Sequence record: OK428535.1
From: Escherichia phage vB_EcoM_Lh1B
Strand: one strand, 5' to 3'
DNA: 64,000 nt
The position numbers and the translations under genes were made by a program. Of this stretch, positions 18,867-27,768 are shown one piece after another; the stretch's first letter is position 1, and each line of letters begins with the position of its first letter. A model generated the notes under the pieces. The model was not told the DNA's origin and did no database searches. It saw only the letters and a list, made by a program, of their open reading frames with translations.

Positions 18867-19268
18867 ATGTTCGGCCTGTTTCAGGAGAAAAAACAGATGC
18901 GTCGCCAATTAGAAATACTGGAATTGGAACTCAGCCTATCAAAGACTGAGTTGGAAATTTCGAAAGAAGCGTGGAAAAGAAATCTCGANGAATCTTTCGA
19001 AGAACGCCGTAAGCTTACGCGATTACTTTCTGAGGAACAGTCTAAGAACCGGAAACTCGAAGACGAGCTACGGGATGCCCGACGAGATGCGGATCTGCGT
19101 GACAAGATGTTAGGATGGAACCTGGGTGCCCTAATCTATTTCATAGAGCAGCGTTGGGAACCAAAGACACTCCTTGAGTTACTCTATGAAAAACTCTCCT
19201 GTGTAGGTAAACGTTCTGCGGCCATCGAGTATTTTCGTAGTCATGGATACGAGGTAAAAGATGAGTAA
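18867..19268 (+). CDS. Hypothetical coiled-coil protein
   Basis: ATG at 18867 follows AAGGAG. Charged heptad-like stretch (ELELSLSKTELEISKEAWKRNL...KLEDELRDARRD). Confidence 0.55.
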   Translation: MFGLFQEKKQMRRQLEILELELSLSKTELEISKEAWKRNLXESFEERRKLTRLLSEEQSKNRKLEDELRDARRDADLRDKMLGWNLGALIYFIEQRWEPKTLLELLYEKLSCVGKRSAAIEYFRSHGYEVKDE

Positions 19269-19346
19269 ATTAGAGGTTGGCAGGCTGTTCGTTAATCCTT
19301 AAAAAACAACAGTTTCAAATTAGTTACGACCATAAGGAGTATTAAA

Positions 19347-20150
19347 ATGTTAAAGCCACGCAAACAGAAAAGATTACAGTTTGTCAAAATAGTACATCCA
19401 CAGTCCCGTCGTGTTACAGGTGGACGTCTCTACGTGGGTAAACACCGTAGTCGTCTTATCACCTGGTCGGCAATGGCCAACGTAGCCACCCAACTCCAGG
19501 CAATGGTTGAAGACCGTTGCCAGTTAAAAGGGGATTTCTTTCAAGAGAAGAAACCCTATCGTGATATCTTCCGTACACTAAAAGCGTGCTGGGTACTCAG
19601 CTGGGTGCCTGGCCGCGAACAACTTTATTTTCTGCGTAAGTTCCCACGCCCTATGCCGAAGGAAAACATTAGCGTTTTCTTAGACAAACTAAAACGCTTT
19701 AATGACATCGGCATAAACGCTAATAAAGAGCAGGTTTCTGCTACAGTAGCAGCCCGAAAACACTTACGCGATTATGTGGCCGATCGAGATGTTGAGTTCG
19801 CTTATATGACGCCGACTGTACCGCTGCTAAACGGTGATGCATCGAAAGCGAAGATGGAAGAGATCGCGTTGAAGTTTCCTAACATCAGACACATCGCACC
19901 AGACGCGGTACTACAGCTGAACACTGAAGGCTGCACGCGTTTACCGACAGTCTCTGACACGGTGTTAGTATCAACACCTGATGTTCCTGATGGAAAGTCG
20001 TTCCTTGAAATGATAAAGAAACGTACAGAGGGTGGATATCAACCGATCTTTCTGGATTCCCTTTCACAACATCCTGAAGTAGAACAAGAATTTAACATGA
20101 ACACTAACAGCCCTTACGACTCCCTATACAAGGACGATAATGATGCTTAA
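19347..20150 (+). CDS. Hypothetical protein
   Basis: 267-aa ORF with AAGGAG upstream. Confidence 0.6.
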   Translation: MLKPRKQKRLQFVKIVHPQSRRVTGGRLYVGKHRSRLITWSAMANVATQLQAMVEDRCQLKGDFFQEKKPYRDIFRTLKACWVLSWVPGREQLYFLRKFPRPMPKENISVFLDKLKRFNDIGINANKEQVSATVAARKHLRDYVADRDVEFAYMTPTVPLLNGDASKAKMEEIALKFPNIRHIAPDAVLQLNTEGCTRLPTVSDTVLVSTPDVPDGKSFLEMIKKRTEGGYQPIFLDSLSQHPEVEQEFNMNTNSPYDSLYKDDNDA

Positions 20151-20532
20151 GCCTAAGAAACGTAAAGATGGTGCGGTCATTTTCTCTCCGAGAATCGCTG
20201 TAGCAGTTGGTAAGAAATTACTGGTCCAGGACGGTAAGTGGGTCAGTGACGGATTCAGTCAGTACACCTCGCTATGCATCTCTTCCGAGATGAATCAGAT
20301 GCACGGGAAGAAAGTACGTGACCGACGATCTCAGATGCCAAAAGTTATCCGTGTTGTGGCCGGCTGGTATAAGCGATACATGAAAAAGAACTTCCCACAC
20401 GCAGCGCCGCCGTTTGAAGAAGGGTCTTTTGTTCGTACAGAACCCACCGAAGCGGGTGGCGAATTACCGGTGCGTACCGGCACGGCGTATTCGACGCTGA
20501 CTTCCTTGTGTCGTCAGTCGTACGAAAAGTAG
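20140..20532 (+). CDS. Hypothetical protein
   Basis: 130-aa ORF overlapping the upstream stop. Confidence 0.55.
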   Translation: MMLKPKKRKDGAVIFSPRIAVAVGKKLLVQDGKWVSDGFSQYTSLCISSEMNQMHGKKVRDRRSQMPKVIRVVAGWYKRYMKKNFPHAAPPFEEGSFVRTEPTEAGGELPVRTGTAYSTLTSLCRQSYEK

Positions 20533-20602
20533 AAGGCGTTGAAGGACACTCTACTCCACATCAACTAGGATGACGCTTATCCCAAGGGTAGCGAATAAAG
20601 CA

Positions 20603-20641
20603 GCACCCTACTCCCGAAGGAGTAGGGTTTCTTCTTTTTTG
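20603..20641 (+). terminator. Rho-independent terminator
   Basis: caccctactcc-cgaa-ggagtagggt hairpin followed by a T-run. Confidence 0.75.
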
Positions 20642-20659
20642 TCTAGTGTGATTACAATT

Positions 20660-20738
20660 ATTTTCAGATATATATTACTTAGGTGAGAGTTAACCATTAA
20701 CTCTTATCTAATCGACCATTATCTTAAGGAGTTTTAAC
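20660..20738 (+). promoter_or_regulatory. Promoter-like element plus 5' leader, copy 2 of the repeat at 861-947
   Basis: Identical TTTCAGATATATATTACTTAGGTGAGAGTT core and similar leader ending in AAGGAG, directly upstream of the start at 20739. Confidence 0.5.
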
Positions 20739-21185
20739 ATGTACATTCTGAATAACGAACTTACTAAGTACGCTAGCAAAAACCCGANTATGATTTNTTT
20801 NCTAATCGTGATGGCGGCCAACAAACAAGACCCTAGCGAATTCACTACTGAGGTCTTCGAAGAGATTATCGCTAACGCCAAAGAAGCCACGTTCCAGACC
20901 ACAGNGCCTACTCGCGACGAGTTCCCCCTAGGTGAAGCCGGCGATGTAATGTTTAACGACATGGTTGCTTCGTACTACATCAATAGACGTGGTATGGAAA
21001 TCGAATACGATGAACTTCCTACTAGCAGCTTTGCTGAAATGATTCGTGATTATCGTCGTCAAGTTGTCTCTGACGATATCGTAAAGAAATACATGGCACA
21101 AATCAGCCCATTCAGTCTTGAATTCGAAAACCGCGCGGTTGCCTTAGCAACACATCGCCTGCGTTTAGAAAAAGAAGTACACTAA
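20739..21185 (+). CDS. Hypothetical protein
   Basis: 148-aa ORF downstream of the repeated promoter-like element; Ns near the 5' end. Confidence 0.55.
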   Translation: MYILNNELTKYASKNPXMIXXLIVMAANKQDPSEFTTEVFEEIIANAKEATFQTTXPTRDEFPLGEAGDVMFNDMVASYYINRRGMEIEYDELPTSSFAEMIRDYRRQVVSDDIVKKYMAQISPFSLEFENRAVALATHRLRLEKEVH

Positions 21186-21246
21186 TAATAACCCGGCGGG
21201 CAAAGTCCCGCCAATCAACCTGCAATCTACAAAAAAGGAATATCCC

Positions 21247-21465
21247 ATGCGCAACCTCTTCTCCAAATCTGAAATCAAACCTGTTGTTGAAACCGCAGCC
21301 AAACGTAAACCTGACANGNNTGANCTGNNGCTGAAAANGTNTGNAGCAGAAGCCAAAGCGTTNCNGNAAACAATGAAAGACGGNGATAAAATGATTGACA
21401 ATGTTGAAGTAACCTACGGTGTTAAAGACCGCCCAAAGAATAACGGCCTCGTGTGGGTCTGTTAA
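21247..21465 (+). CDS. Hypothetical protein
   Basis: 72-aa ORF with AAAGGAA upstream; many Ns in the middle. Confidence 0.4.
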   Translation: MRNLFSKSEIKPVVETAAKRKPDXXXLXLKXXXAEAKAXXXTMKDXDKMIDNVEVTYGVKDRPKNNGLVWVC

Positions 21466-21486
21466 TCGACGATTGAGGATAAAGTC

Positions 21487-21621
21487 ATGAAGAACAAAAA
21501 GCTTCGGCTCCCCTTCTTTTTTTGTTTCCTTTTCTTTTTTGTTTGCTCTTGTTCGGATTCTGGTACGCACTACGCTTTTAATATGCTGGCAGGGGGTCTA
21601 AAAATCTTACGACCTCAATAA
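21487..21621 (+). CDS. Candidate small Phe-rich membrane peptide (44 aa)
   Basis: Hand translation gives MKNKKLRLPFFFCFLFFFVCSCSDSG... with GAGGAT 8 nt upstream. It lies in a T-rich segment that could instead be a terminator tail. Confidence 0.25.
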   Translation: MKNKKLRLPFFFCFLFFFVCSCSDSGTHYAFNMLAGGLKILRPQ

Positions 21622-21643
21622 TCCCTTAACTCGAGTTAACGCG

Positions 21644-22441
21644 ATGTCTTTTACTTCAAAACAGAATCTGCTAAAACTCATCAACGAAGAGAATAAGATA
21701 AGCCCACCGCTTACCTTTGACGATGTTGATATCGGACTGCCGGAGGTTGTGTCAGTAGACGGTCGTGATTCGGAGGTAGTCCTTACCTCGAAGATGCGCG
21801 GTGATGAAGGTACGCAAGTGATTGTGGACTACCATCGTCGTCCATTAGAGGACTACCTTAAAGGCGATGTTGCCTTTGGAGACGAGGACGTGCAAACCAC
21901 GCACGACTTACTCGCGGCGATTAACGAGCGTTTTAATCTGTCTATCTTACCTGAGGATATCGAAGATAACCCCATTGATGGACAGACGCACACAGTCGTT
22001 GCTGTTGAAACTTCCCACGAGTGGCGAAGTCAAGCGGTCATCGAGCTGAAACCTGCTACACCTCTGGCAGAAGTAGTAACCAATACAGAGTTGAGCGGTC
22101 TTCTGTACCCGGATCACCAGGACATCCAGTTGGGTCAGGCGTATATCTATTCGCGTGACATCGATTGTAGCCACATCTCTCGTTTCCTGAGCCTCTTAGC
22201 GGTCGGTATCGAGGTAGATGACACGGCGTTGGCAATCGAACTCAACAAATGTGTTCCTGAGATTTGGGTAGCTGAAGATACCCCATCCCCGTATAACCTG
22301 CGTGGTGCCACTGTCGTATTCGACGGCGTACCTGCAGACTTGCCGGGAGCAAATACGGCGTTCGCGAAAGTCGTGTCAGTGCAACTGACCGATAAATGTA
22401 CGAACTTCCAGGGCAGCCTCAACCTACACTTTAACAACTAG
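21644..22441 (+). CDS. Paralog family A member 1; putative virion/receptor-binding protein
   Basis: First of seven tandem genes. C-terminal CTNFQGSLNLHFNN motif as in A4 and a weaker version of the shared N-terminal module. Confidence 0.7.
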   Translation: MSFTSKQNLLKLINEENKISPPLTFDDVDIGLPEVVSVDGRDSEVVLTSKMRGDEGTQVIVDYHRRPLEDYLKGDVAFGDEDVQTTHDLLAAINERFNLSILPEDIEDNPIDGQTHTVVAVETSHEWRSQAVIELKPATPLAEVVTNTELSGLLYPDHQDIQLGQAYIYSRDIDCSHISRFLSLLAVGIEVDDTALAIELNKCVPEIWVAEDTPSPYNLRGATVVFDGVPADLPGANTAFAKVVSVQLTDKCTNFQGSLNLHFNN

Positions 22442-22451
22442 GAGGGTATAG

Positions 22452-23294
22452 ATGTCTATTTACGATAAGCCCTCGAAAGAGATGTTGTTAGATGCTATTA
22501 ACCGACAGAACGGATTAACGGCCAATCCACTCACATGGGAGCAGGTTGCAACTGGCTTCCCTGAGTCTGTCCAAACGCCTGGCGCTGACCGGAATACGCG
22601 TGTGCTCTTATACGGGTTGAACGGCAAGGGCTACAAAGGCAACGTTACGCTCGAATACGACCGTATCGAAATGGAAATTCTGTTCAGGAACGTAATACCG
22701 GTAGTCGTTGCCGACCCGGTAAATAAACTCTCTGAGTTGTTGCCGTTTCTGAATGCGAAATACGGCTTGTCTTTAGTTGCCGACGATATCGTTGACCAGT
22801 CAGTAAAAGATTTGGGAGAAAGCTGGTTAATCGATGTGACTATTAAGCCTGGTTGCTTGGCCTGGCAAGGTGGTTTCCGTTTACGCTTTGCGAAGTTCTT
22901 CCCGAACTTGGCGGATGTGGTGACGGATGTTGACCTCAGCGCAATTATCGCGCCGTTCGTGGTTGCTAGTAAACCACAGGCTGAGTATGTGGCGTATGGT
23001 TACGATTGGACTGAACTGCAAAAACAGTTCACTACCGATTGGGCTTACAACCGCGCAATCACCGCGGCGGATGTTGAATTGCTTAACGAAGTGGTGCCAT
23101 TAAAGTTTGCATATGTGACGGGGGCGACTGCGCAACCTGAACAAATTGCGCTTCAAGGTGCACGATATATGGGGATAACTTCAGTCACACCGAACGATAG
23201 TTACAACCCCGATTATCAGCGTGTGGCGATTATCAAGCTAGCTGCGGACAGCAACTACGCCGGTAATCTCATCCTTCACTATCTCCCGATATAA
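22452..23294 (+). CDS. Paralog family A member 2
   Basis: N-terminal module LLDAINRQN...DRNTRVLLYGLNGKGYKGNVTLEYDRIEMEILF; GGAGGG Shine-Dalgarno. Confidence 0.75.
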   Translation: MSIYDKPSKEMLLDAINRQNGLTANPLTWEQVATGFPESVQTPGADRNTRVLLYGLNGKGYKGNVTLEYDRIEMEILFRNVIPVVVADPVNKLSELLPFLNAKYGLSLVADDIVDQSVKDLGESWLIDVTIKPGCLAWQGGFRLRFAKFFPNLADVVTDVDLSAIIAPFVVASKPQAEYVAYGYDWTELQKQFTTDWAYNRAITAADVELLNEVVPLKFAYVTGATAQPEQIALQGARYMGITSVTPNDSYNPDYQRVAIIKLAADSNYAGNLILHYLPI

Positions 23295-23304
23295 GGATTT
23301 TGAC

Positions 23305-24150
23305 ATGCCACTTTTAGCCACTGCTGAAAAGATTATTATCGCGGAGGTTAACGTCGAAAACAATCTCGATTTAAAAGTCGAAGATGTGGTTTTCGGTGTC
23401 CCTGCGATTCCGACGTCTGACGAAGACCTGGCAAAAGCCAATGGTCATAACGCGATGGTGCGCATTCAGGCATTGGCCACCGCTAATGCTATCGGTGCCA
23501 CTACCGTGTATTACGATCGTGTTGACTTCGCAGACATGTTTACCGACCCAGACGGGATTCAACCTTTACGTGTTCCTGCACGTCTCGATGCTGTTTACCA
23601 GATGCATGACGTGGTCGGGTTAATTAACCAGTATTACGGTCTCAGTCTTAAACCTGCAGATGTGGTGAATACCGAAATCGACAGGAAGACATGGCGTGTG
23701 GATCTGATTGCCACGCCCACTTCTTTAGGTTGGATAGGGCAACAACAGGTACAGCTGTTACCAGGCGATGCGTTGCTTCCTGCAAACTTCGAACCCTTAA
23801 CAGTAACACCTTACGAGTATCCGTATTTTAACATCAAGGTCGGTCAAGGTGCAGTTTATTCGTATCCCTGGCGCTTTGATAATTTCGCGGAGGAATTTCA
23901 ACGACTAGGTGCTGCGATAACCGCAGAACGTCTGGCACAGATTCTCAAAACGGTCACCGGTGATAACTGGACAACGTACCGTAACCCAATCGACTTTAAC
24001 CTTCGTGAAGCCGTCGTCGTCTATAACGGGCGTAACAAAGCGGAATTACCAACCAACCCAGCAGTCGACAACGTGCTGATTGTGGAGCTGTCGTTGTACT
24101 GTCTGAATTTTGGCGGGCGTTTGTATTTGCACTACAACGACCCTGATTAA
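23305..24150 (+). CDS. Paralog family A member 3
   Basis: C-terminal CLNFGGRLYLHYNDPD motif; tandem position. Confidence 0.7.
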   Translation: MPLLATAEKIIIAEVNVENNLDLKVEDVVFGVPAIPTSDEDLAKANGHNAMVRIQALATANAIGATTVYYDRVDFADMFTDPDGIQPLRVPARLDAVYQMHDVVGLINQYYGLSLKPADVVNTEIDRKTWRVDLIATPTSLGWIGQQQVQLLPGDALLPANFEPLTVTPYEYPYFNIKVGQGAVYSYPWRFDNFAEEFQRLGAAITAERLAQILKTVTGDNWTTYRNPIDFNLREAVVVYNGRNKAELPTNPAVDNVLIVELSLYCLNFGGRLYLHYNDPD

Positions 24151-24171
24151 TCCTGAGTAAAGGAAGTAAGA

Positions 24172-25083
24172 ATGAAACCTTTAAACAAAACGTCCGATCA
24201 GCTGGTTCTGGATTTTATTAATGAGAAAAACCCAGACGCAGAACTGGAACTTTCTAAAATAACGCTCGGCACACCGACCCCTATTATCGATGAAGGTGCC
24301 GATCGCAATACCAGCATGACCCTGACTGCGAAAAAGAACTCCGGGTACATCGGTACTCAGGACGTGACTTATAATCGCCTGGAAGGCGGTGCGCTGTTCC
24401 GNAACGTAACGGCATACCTCGACGTTAAACTGCCGAAAACCACCACAGACCTGCTGACGACCCTGAACACCCAATACGGATTGAAGCTGACCGAAGACGA
24501 TATCGTTCCGGCGGCTATTCCGGAAAATACCAACCCGCCGCTGACTAACCCGAACGATCCGGACCCAGCACCGGTTGACCATGTCATTACCTTCAAAGAA
24601 GACTGCTACGCTTATCTGGGCAGCATCCCGGTTAAAATCGGTGCTAAGCCTCAGGTTGGTGAACGTCTGAGTCTGGTGGTAACACAAACCAAGCTCGACG
24701 GCCTGGTTTACCCAGATGGTCCAAGCGAAGCGAAGGGTCAGGGCTACATCTACTCTTACGGTGTAGACTGCACAGCAATCGCAGCATTCCTGAAAGTACA
24801 GGCGAAAGGTGTTATCGCTGGCGACTCTGCATTCCCGGTTGAGCTGAATAAAGTTGTGCCGGAACTGTGGGTTGCATCTGATGAGCCTGCGGATTATAAC
24901 CTGAAAGGTGCTAACGTGTTGTACGTTGGTTCTACTACTGACGATGGCACTGCTTCAGGCGACGATCCTAAGAAACCGGTTGAAGGTGCAAACACTGCTT
25001 ACAACCAGGTTCTGCTGCTGCAGCTGGATGACACTCTGTGCACCAACTTCCAGGGCGTCATGTACCTGCACTTTAATGCCTAA
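24172..25083 (+). CDS. Paralog family A member 4
   Basis: N-terminal module LVLDFINEKNP...DRNTSMTL...GYIGTQDVTYNRL; C-terminal half collinear with A1 (CTNFQGVMYLHFNA). Confidence 0.75.
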   Translation: MKPLNKTSDQLVLDFINEKNPDAELELSKITLGTPTPIIDEGADRNTSMTLTAKKNSGYIGTQDVTYNRLEGGALFXNVTAYLDVKLPKTTTDLLTTLNTQYGLKLTEDDIVPAAIPENTNPPLTNPNDPDPAPVDHVITFKEDCYAYLGSIPVKIGAKPQVGERLSLVVTQTKLDGLVYPDGPSEAKGQGYIYSYGVDCTAIAAFLKVQAKGVIAGDSAFPVELNKVVPELWVASDEPADYNLKGANVLYVGSTTDDGTASGDDPKKPVEGANTAYNQVLLLQLDDTLCTNFQGVMYLHFNA

Positions 25084-25092
25084 TTAGGCCTC

Positions 25093-25137
25093 GCTGGGAG
25101 GAGGAAATCCTCCTCCTGGCTACTCCTTTCTTTTTTG
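25093..25137 (+). terminator. Hairpin terminator or attenuator inside the paralog array
   Basis: ggaggagg-aaat-cctcctcc hairpin followed by a T-run, between A4 and A5. Confidence 0.5.
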
Positions 25138-25152
25138 GCCGAGGAGGCTATT

Positions 25153-25992
25153 ATGGCTTTATATAGTCTGTCTCAGCGACAATATCTGTACGATGCGATT
25201 AATGCCGAAAACCCGGATGCTGTTCTACCGATGGGTTTAGACAATGCTATCATCGGTACGCCGAAAGCAATCACACCGACAGCAAGCGGTGCCAATACTG
25301 AGATTATCATTCGTGGTCGTCAAGGTCGTGGCTATATCGGTCCTCAGACGTTCCGTTATAAGCGCTTGTCGCTGAACGACTTATTTAAGAACATGACACC
25401 TCAGGTAACTGCACCGAATGCCTACGGTTGGTTGAACGTGGAGTCGAAACGTACTGCGTTTGCGCAGAACCTGAACGGTCGTTATGGATTAAACCTGGTT
25501 GCAGACGATATCCCAGAACAATACGTTTATCTGAACGTAAACAACACGATGCGTATTAACGCTAGCTGTATCCAATACACTGGCAGCATCACCTTTATGT
25601 CTATCCGGGGTAAGAATAGTCTCGAAGACCTCGTGGTAAACGACATCTTGTCGGCTTTGAACCACCCTGCAGCAGCAAGCACTGGTAAGAAATACATGGG
25701 CTTCTTGACGTACGGGGAAGACTTTACTGATGAAGTGCAGGTTATGGCCTCGTTTAAGAACGGGCGAATGGACGTAGGAAGTAACTTTGATTTGGGTTAC
25801 ACGTCCAATCTGATGGCCACATTGGTCGCACGTGGGGTACCGTCGTTTGATCCGACGAACTGCACAATTACCCGCTACAAAACGAGTGAGTTGGCGACCG
25901 CCAATAAAGCGTACGATAACGTATTGCTGATTACCGGCATTCAGAACGACCCGAAAGTAATCGGCGAGTGTATGTTGCACTACAACAACTAG
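25153..25992 (+). CDS. Paralog family A member 5
   Basis: ATG at 25153 lies 6 nt after GAGGAGG; the track's TTG start is 25135. N-terminal module and C-terminal CMLHYNN. Confidence 0.75.
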   Translation: MALYSLSQRQYLYDAINAENPDAVLPMGLDNAIIGTPKAITPTASGANTEIIIRGRQGRGYIGPQTFRYKRLSLNDLFKNMTPQVTAPNAYGWLNVESKRTAFAQNLNGRYGLNLVADDIPEQYVYLNVNNTMRINASCIQYTGSITFMSIRGKNSLEDLVVNDILSALNHPAAASTGKKYMGFLTYGEDFTDEVQVMASFKNGRMDVGSNFDLGYTSNLMATLVARGVPSFDPTNCTITRYKTSELATANKAYDNVLLITGIQNDPKVIGECMLHYNN

Positions 25993-26002
25993 GAATTAGC
26001 GA

Positions 26003-26890
26003 ATGGCTATTTATCAACCTTCTAAAGACGTCCTGTTGGCAGCAGTGAACGCACAGAACTCGCTTGCTGTTAAGATGACTGACATCATCTGGTCCTCGCC
26101 AAAGGACATCCGTGGTACGGAGAAGGAAACGCTGACTAACCGTAACACGCAAATTAAAATTACGGCAGATGGGGTAACGGGCTCTACCTGGTCGGGTAAG
26201 AAAAATGTCTTCTACAACCGCATGAAGGTCGAAGACTTGTTAGTGTTGATTGGTGACACGTTGGCGATCGGCCCATCCAACGAAACCTTGTATGCGGCCA
26301 TTCCTGGACTGAACCAACGTTACGGTTTTGTTCTGGAAGAAGCTGACCTGCAGGACGCAGATATCGAATGGAACGGTGATAAGACCGAAGGTACTGTGCG
26401 TGTTGTTGCACATCCAGAGTCTATCGGTTGGGTTGGACAGGCGACATTTAAAGTCGTGAAAGGCGATGAGTCGTTAGTCTCTGCAGTCACCACTAACGTC
26501 CTGACCGGTCTGAAATACCCGAACGGTCAGATGGGTTCCGAAACCGTTACTGCGGTCATTGCAGAGGTTTATTCCTACCCGTACAACTTCACTAAGTACC
26601 GAGATGCTCTGCTGGCATACAAGCCGGGNATTCTGTCTGGNCAGCCGTTAACGGATATGGTTAACCTGCTGAAAGATATCACGGGTACTGCATGGGTAGC
26701 GACCACTTCCGCTTCCTACGGTTTGGCGGGCGCGGAGGTTATCAGCGTTGGTCTGAATGACCCTGTTGCAATGCCGACAAACGCGAAGTACAAGTATGCG
26801 CTGGTGTTGAAACTGCCTGTTACCTGTACCACCATCGTCGGAACGTTGTATCTCCAGTTCAACGATCTGGACGATCCAAGCGAGGTATAA
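26003..26890 (+). CDS. Paralog family A member 6
   Basis: N-terminal module LLAAVNAQN...NRNTQIKI...; C-terminal LYLQFNDLDD. Confidence 0.75.
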   Translation: MAIYQPSKDVLLAAVNAQNSLAVKMTDIIWSSPKDIRGTEKETLTNRNTQIKITADGVTGSTWSGKKNVFYNRMKVEDLLVLIGDTLAIGPSNETLYAAIPGLNQRYGFVLEEADLQDADIEWNGDKTEGTVRVVAHPESIGWVGQATFKVVKGDESLVSAVTTNVLTGLKYPNGQMGSETVTAVIAEVYSYPYNFTKYRDALLAYKPXILSXQPLTDMVNLLKDITGTAWVATTSASYGLAGAEVISVGLNDPVAMPTNAKYKYALVLKLPVTCTTIVGTLYLQFNDLDDPSEV

Positions 26891-26893
26891 TTG

Positions 26894-27721
26894 ATGATCA
26901 ACTATGCTAAGCCGTCAAACGAGTTGGTCTTTGACCTCATTAACCGGGATAACCCAAACCTACCTATTAAAGCGTCGCCGGCAAACTGCTACGTGGAGAA
27001 AGTGACGCAGGTTCCCGTTAATGCAGCTTCCAACAACCGCAATACGTCGGCACGCTTGCGCGGTATTCAGGGTTCCGGATTTCGAGACGCAATCACCGTT
27101 TACTACGACCGTGTGAACTTAGCGCGGTTATTGCCGTGGGGTCCTTCTGTCCAGGCGCAGTTCGTCACGTTTGACGCGCCCAACCTCCACTCAGCCTTTT
27201 CGGTGCTCTTGGATACTTACGGAGTAAACTTCTCCGCAATCGATATCCAAAACTACTCACTGTTTGGTGCCAATACCCCAAATTACACCAATACACAGAC
27301 CATTGCAGCGCTATCGACATCTCCGGCTTATATCGGTTCTGCGACGTTGCGTTATAACCGTGGTTTACCGGTACTAGACACTTCGGTGAAATCAGATGTC
27401 TTGAATGCGATTCAAGAGCCTATTTCACCGTCTCTCGGTAAGAAGTGTATTGATTTGTTGACGTACGGTATTGACTTTACCGCGTATAAAAACCTACTGA
27501 CAGTAGATGCTTCTGGCCTACCGCAGTGGGCTGGTTTGCGTAAGGTGTTGGATGACCTGGGTATTCCGAACTACGCGGGGCCACTGAACAGTAACACCGT
27601 TCAGGATGTGCCGACTTCCACCGCTCAGTTCGCTAACAAATCGTACGACCGCGTGGTTATCCAAACGGGCATCGATGAGGAAGGCGTGAAAGGCGTGGCG
27701 TACTACCACTATAACAGCTAA
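26894..27721 (+). CDS. Paralog family A member 7
   Basis: MINYAKPSNELVFDLINRDNP...NRNT...YYDRVNLARLL; C-terminal YYHYNS. ATG at 26894; the track's TTG is 26891. Confidence 0.75.
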   Translation: MINYAKPSNELVFDLINRDNPNLPIKASPANCYVEKVTQVPVNAASNNRNTSARLRGIQGSGFRDAITVYYDRVNLARLLPWGPSVQAQFVTFDAPNLHSAFSVLLDTYGVNFSAIDIQNYSLFGANTPNYTNTQTIAALSTSPAYIGSATLRYNRGLPVLDTSVKSDVLNAIQEPISPSLGKKCIDLLTYGIDFTAYKNLLTVDASGLPQWAGLRKVLDDLGIPNYAGPLNSNTVQDVPTSTAQFANKSYDRVVIQTGIDEEGVKGVAYYHYNS

Positions 27722-27726
27722 GTGTA

Positions 27727-27753
27727 GGGGCTCTTCGGAGCCCCATCTTTTGG
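27727..27753 (+). terminator. Hairpin terminator or attenuator
   Basis: ggggctc-ttcg-gagcccc hairpin followed by a short T-run. Confidence 0.55.
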
Positions 27754-27768
27754 CGATGCGGAGTCCCT

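Noticed and set aside
18752-18949. 65-aa ORF overlapping the start of the coiled-coil gene
   Set aside because: It does have a GGGAGG-ATG start at about 18793, but it overlaps the better-supported 18867 ORF out of frame and contains an N. It may be a tiny upstream peptide, but I cannot support it as a separate gene.
21112-21570. 152-aa minus-strand ORF, and the 78-aa ORF at 21165-21401
   Set aside because: They run antisense to plus-strand genes and a T-rich terminator-like segment, are full of N-derived X residues, and are Lys/Arg-rich low-complexity translations of A/T runs.
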